From Eledone cirrhosa (taxonomy: Eukaryota), in the NCBI GenBank assembly GCA_964016885.1, contig OZ024744.1:30194001-30258000 (forward strand): a stretch of 64,000 bases of DNA, in the 5' to 3' direction. Each line of letters starts with the position of its first letter. The first letter of the stretch is position 1. The notes below the pieces were generated by a model. That model had not been told where the DNA came from, made no database searches, and saw nothing but the letters and a program-made list of their open reading frames with translations. This document shows positions 57,588-64,000 of this stretch, one piece after another. The translations under genes were made by a program, and so were the position numbers.

Positions 57588-58566
57588 TGGTGGTTGCCAA
57601 CTCGTTTTTGAGTACGGCCACTACTTTATATCCATGTAGGAGAACCCCTACTGATGCGCTGATCGAGTGTGACTTTTTAGTCTAGCCAGCGACTTGAAAA
57701 CTGGTACAAACACTACACTTGTGACAATTATTGACACACAGTGCTGGGCCCATGGCAGCATGTGACGACAAGTGCAGAGAGATCTCCAGATATAAAGCAA
57801 TGCCTGTGCCGTGAAACTTTTATAGTGAGCAAAGGCACTGCACAAAGCCTGTCCCACTCTCTTTACCAAGATGATATTTACCAAAAAGAAGAACAAGTCA
57901 ACATCTTTGGATACCATCAAGGTTGCAGGTGTTAAATATATATATATATACATATATGGTGGCTGCCAACTCGTTTTCGAGTACGGCCACTACTTTATAT
58001 CCATGTAGGAGAACCCCTACTGAAGCGCTGAACGAGTGTGACTTTTTAGTCCAGCCAGCTACTTGAAAACTCTGGTACAAACACTACACTTGTGACAATT
58101 ATTGACACATAGTGCTGGGCCCATGGTACCATGTGAGGACAAGTGCAGAGAGATCTCCAGATATGAAGCAATGCCTGTGCCGTGAAGCTTTTATAGTGAG
58201 CAAAGGCACTGCACAAAGCCAGTCCCACTCTCTTAACCAAGATGATATTTACCAAAAAGAAGAACAAGTCAACATCATTGGATACCATCAGGGTTGCAGG
58301 TGTTATATCAGAGTTTTCCTTCTCCTAGAATTCTGCCTTGACAAAGGCTAAGGGGTCATCTCTCCCGGTGATTTTGGATGGCCATTGACTCTTAAGAGCT
58401 CCTTTGCCCTTTGACAGGTTTTGTTTTTAGTCCTGCAGGATGTCCTTGGTCACCCTCCTCACCAAGAAACCTTGGTGAGGTTGCCAGTTTAGTCGCCAAC
58501 GACCCGACCATGAGACAGGTTGTACTGGGATACATGTTACCAGTAGCACCAACTGGTGACCTGACA
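57588..58566 (-). mobile_element. One partial plus one full tandem copy of the RTE-related non-autonomous element
   Basis: Matches 26260-26870; older fragment at ~58765-58885. Confidence 0.75.
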
Positions 58567-58697
58567 TAAATATATAATAATACATACATATATACATACA
58601 TATATATACATACATGATGGCTTCCCCCTCGTTATCGAGTATGGCCATAAATTATATTGTTCTGGAACATCATTGAATTGGAAAAAAAAAAAAAAAA

Positions 58698-58744
<47 letters not shown>

Positions 58745-59187
58745 ATATTATTAATGCACTCGTGCAATGCCTGTACGTAACGAATATTTTTAAAGTGAGG
58801 AAAGACTGTGCACTGAGCCAATCCCACTCTCTGAGCGACAGTAGCTATAACCCGAAAAGAAGAAAAGATCAACATCATCGGTAACTACTGAGCCGCATAT
58901 ACATACATAGATATATACATAATACATACATACATACATATATACATACACACTCAAAATTATTTATACAAGAAAATTATTGTAATTGATTTAACTCTAA
59001 ATAAATGTAAAATGAAACAGCGATGGCTGGAGTGACAAGAGGGGGTAGATGGGTGTAGATTGAAACAGCTTTAATTGAATGTTGTAATCAGGGAATTATT
59101 AATTTAATTTACTATAACACCCGTAATTTTTTAATGGTTCTAGCATACACACCCCGACACAGATTTACACACACAGACACACAGACA

Positions 59188-59674
59188 CTGATGAAGGACT
59201 GGCGTCCGAAACGTTAAGACCCTCTTCCTGCTATATCAAGCGTTAACCTAATATATTCCTTCCATATACTGTACCGATTGTGTTATTGTTTCTGTTTACC
59301 TTTTTCATACATACATATATATATATATAACAACGAGTGTATGGTAAGATACCAGATGGACCATAACGCACCAAAGTACTCAATACTTAGGGTTGTAGTG
59401 TGGGTAATAAGAAAAGTGTCGGGACTCCGACGGCTGGGGTCCGGCCGTTTCAACAGCTACATCCGTAGCTGTCGAAACGGCCGGAGCTCAGCCATCGGGG
59501 TACTGACTCTTTTCATATATATATATGTGTGTGTGTGTGGTGTGTGTGTGTGTAAAAGGTAAACAGAAATAACAACACAATAGGTACAGTACATGGAAGG
59601 GATATATTAGGTTAACGCTTGAAATAGCAGGAAGAGGGTCTTAATGTTTCGGACGCTAGTCCTTCATCAGAAGA
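59188..59674. mobile_element. Two convergent HHR-bearing PLE ends enclosing a third, fold-back PLE end
   Basis: CTGATGA-A-GGAC(TGGC)GTCC-GAAA-CG-TT-AAGA at 59188 (+), mirror at 59639-59674 (-); inner hairpin 59411-59460/59465-59514 with GAAA-CGGCCG and a left tail 59330-59410. Confidence 0.75.
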
Positions 59675-59900
59675 AAGAATGAGAAATAAGATATATTGAG
59701 GGGACGGGCGGGTTGGAATTTGATAAAAGTCTTCAGATAAAAATAACAGGTCCATTCATGTCGACATCTCTTGCAAAACTGTTGGTGCTGGCGTTTTGTG
59801 TATGATTTATTTTTTAGAAAAGTGGATGATGGGGCGCGTCTAGCTGAAATGGAAAAATAACTGTTTTGTTAGAAGAGCTATACTTATGCGCATGCGTATG

Positions 59901-59991
<91 letters not shown>

Positions 59992-60357
59992 ATACGTCCG
60001 TACGAAGCTAAGAAGAAATGTGTTTATATATGTAAGTAAAAGAGTGTGTGTGCTTGTAAGTACGAAGTTATGAGCAGTGTGTGTGTCTCAGGCTTATAGC
60101 GACATAAGACTTCTCTCAAAGAGGAATATATACATATTATCCTGGCACTCTGCACTCTGAGTTCAAATCCCGCCGAAGTCAACTTTGACAATTGTTCTTT
60201 CATGGGCAATGAAATAATGAATTTCAGTTGATTCAAACAATTTTGGTTTAATCCTTACAGTCTATAAAATAAAGTACCAGTAACGAACTGAGTCGATTTA
60301 ATCGACTTTTCGCTTCCCTTCAAATTGTGGATAGGGAACGTTAGTCAAGTTTAAACT

Positions 60358-60457
60358 GGTTGCCATAGAGACAGTTTCAGCTTTACTGTCGGGCATCTTA
60401 TCCTAAGCCGGTTGCCATAGAGACAGCTTCAGCTTTACTGTCAGGCATCTTATCCTA
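60358..60457. repeat. 52-bp tandem duplication, each unit starting with an X-box-like 14-mer
   Basis: GGTTGCCATAGAGACAG.TTCAGCTTTACTGTC.GGCATCTTATCCTA twice. Confidence 0.85.
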
Positions 60458-60534
60458 TTAAAATGCCCACACTCTATTTCCTCAAGTATGGAGTACTAAT
60501 GAAGTAAAATAACGTTCTTTCTTCCATTAATTAG

Positions 60535-60716
60535 GTGGATTGGCAGTATCAGTAGAGGGTCGGACGCCATGCTATGCAACATAGAGATACGCCCCTTTAT
60601 AGTCTGAGTTCAAATCCCGCCGAGGTTAACTTTGCCTTTCATCCTTACGGGGTCGATAAAATAAAGTACCAGTAATATACTGGGTAATTGCTGGCCTTGT
60701 GCCAAATGTAGAAACA
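60535..60716 (+). mobile_element. tRNA-derived SINE
   Basis: Same family as 56193-56372; another degraded copy at ~60145-60325. Confidence 0.8.
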
Positions 60717-60761
60717 ATTAATTAGTAACATAACATATGTATATGTATATATATATACACA

Positions 60762-60804
<43 letters not shown>

Positions 60805-60932
60805 GTGTGTGTGTATGTGTGTGTAATGTTATAACTATTATTTCTACTCTATCAAGCATTAATATCTTCATATATATATATATAGAGAGAGAGAGAGAAA
60901 GAGAGAGACAGAGAGTGAGAGAGAGAGATTGC

Positions 60933-60992
60933 CTTATCTGACGAACGAATGCGTCTTGTATTCGTCCTGTACAGAAAACCTCGGGTAATGAG
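60933..60992 (+). ncRNA. Hammerhead-like motif with an 8-nt insertion before GAAA
   Basis: CTTAT-CTGACGA-ACGAATGC(GTCTT)GTATTCGT-CCTGTACA-GAAA-ACCTCGGG-TA-ATGAG. Confidence 0.6.
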
Positions 60993-61097
60993 CTAATTAT
61001 ACTGTGTTGTTTATTATCCATTAAATATTTAGCTCTGTTACTTACATAGAGCATTCTTCATTCCTTTTACTTTTTCCACGGAAACTTCAACACTTAT

Positions 61098-61153
<56 letters not shown>

Positions 61154-61513
61154 TAATAATAATAATAATAAAATGTGGAGAGGAAGCACACGAGTTAGGA
61201 TATATATATATATATGAACACAGGGAGCAAGAGTTGTTTAACATGTGCGACACCACACTAATACATTTCACTATCATTTGATAATGCATAAAAATGCTTA
61301 AAACGGTAATAGACAATAATTAAATATATAAATATATAAATAAATGCCATTGTTAAATAATCAATAAATCAACTAATACCTTAACACTTCACACAAAGTA
61401 AAACATTTCGTTTTAATCATTTTCTAACCCAGAAAAAAGAGAGAGAGAAACAAAAAAGGAAAAAAATATATTTTTCTTCCTAATAATCGTCTCTTTCTCC
61501 CTGTTTTCATATA

Positions 61514-62340
<827 letters not shown>

Positions 62341-62704
62341 TAAAATAACAGATTAAAGTTTAAGCAAAGAATCGCTACTTTCACCCTTAACGGGATCTTC
62401 TGAAACTATATATATATATATATATATAATAAAAAATGAAAAATCATTGATGCATCTGATTTGGGAACATATGCTCCGAAATCATTAGATGTGTCCGTCG
62501 AGTCGAACCTGCGGGACCAGAATCAGACAGATCCACACAATGATCGCGTCTCGAGCTGTCCGCCGGCGAAACAATTGTAACACACAATAAATTGAGTTCT
62601 GATGCATCACTGATTTTCGTTTTCAATTATATCATACTCTGCTCTGTAAGAACATAGAGTGCTCATCTGGCATACCGCCTATGGAAGCATCTTAGCTACC
62701 ATCA

Positions 62705-62756
<52 letters not shown>

Positions 62757-62912
62757 GTCCAGAAATAGCCGTCGAAACGGTTTGAGCTCTGCCGTTTGAG
62801 TTCATACCTTTTCCTATATATATATATATATATCCTTATATATATATATATTGTTATATATATATATGTTTACATATATATATATTGATATATATATATA
62901 TATATATATGTT

Positions 62913-62946
<34 letters not shown>

Positions 62947-62999
62947 ATTATATATATATATTGTGACATGGGATTAGGTGAATATATATATTAATAATC

Positions 63000-63175
63000 G
63001 TTTCTACTTTTGGCACAAGGCCAGCATATACCCAGTGTATTACTGGTACTTTATTTTATCGACCCCCGTAAGGATAAAAGGCAAAGCTAACCTTGGCGGG
63101 ATTTGAACTCAGAATGGCAAGGGCCGTAACTCTATGCGTCAAAGCATGGCGTCCGACCTTCTACCGACACTGCCA
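63000..63175 (-). mobile_element. tRNA-derived SINE
   Basis: Close copy of 56193-56372. Confidence 0.8.
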
Positions 63176-63280
63176 TGGACCCGAGAGACCATTTTCACCA
63201 TTTATATTTTCTAGACACAAGATATATGACTATCGGCACACTTATTTCCCAGCAGAGAAACACACTCACTCACACGCACG

Positions 63281-63454
<174 letters not shown>

Positions 63455-63748
63455 TATATTTATACATATATAAATATATATATATAATAGTAAAAAACAA
63501 AAAAACAGTAGAAAATGCAAACGGGATTTTCTATCAGAATAACATCAAAACATTTATTTACAAAATAGAAATATCCACATTAATGTACCGGTTTCAGCTT
63601 CTTCACACAACGGAAGTATATGAATTGCATATTAATAAGAACATAAGAATATGGGAAAACCATTTTTTTAACATACATATATACAGAGAAAAGTTCACAT
63701 TTTTGTCTGTAGTTTTCTTTCTCTCTTAATTATTTATTTCTCATATAC

Positions 63749-63780
<32 letters not shown>

Positions 63781-64000
63781 ATTTCCAGGGGTACTTAGTA
63801 CCTGTGGGGATATTAATCTCCTTTTATATTTACTCCGTTATGTTGAGAACAAATCTGTTGTTTTATTTAGCTGCTATTTTTAGTGGCGTGATAGACAACA
63901 CGTCTATGTTTACTACCTGCTTCTACTAAGGGCTGGTTCATGCCTAGGTCAACTTTACGGCCTCATTCGATCCTGTGCTAGCTGGCAGATGGCAATATAT

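Noticed and set aside
62360-62495. Further hammerhead-like remnants (CAGAAGA-T-CCC..GGG-T-GAAA on - at ~62365-62402; CTGATTT..TCC-GAAA on + at ~62450-62492)
   Set aside because: Core bases are altered without compensation, and stem I or the cleavage triplet cannot be assigned; probably dead copies, so not counted.

Overview
AT-rich, repeat-saturated animal DNA, probably cephalopod (Octopus-like; inferred from the SINE families and the (TA)n load). No host gene can be called with confidence. Positions 1-31 kb and 59-63 kb are long (TA)n microsatellite fields holding nested Penelope-like retroelements (PLEs): one Nematis-like RT/GIY-YIG ORF, one near-complete Hydra-clade-like element, and many short 3' fragments. 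Reading both strands by eye, I find about 25 type I hammerhead ribozyme (HHR) motifs from about 12 sequence families. Three families carry the compensatory U3:A8 core, and two loci have tandem ribozymes 637 and 591 nt apart (retrozyme-like). Most of these insertions are fold-back palindromes in which only one arm carries an extra 3' tail, and several tails share a TACTC..GAGTGCT motif. The middle of the window has a CR1-type LINE, a full-length L1/Tx1-type LINE and an R4/Dong fragment, the last two sharing one (TAA)n tract. It also has a 6.6-kb 45-bp satellite with internal inversions that appears to have grown from a 3' splice site/exon junction. The rest is (GGT)n and (TG)n tracts, tRNA-derived SINEs and RTE/Vingi remnants. 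All calls come from visual motif reading; no searches or folding programs were run.
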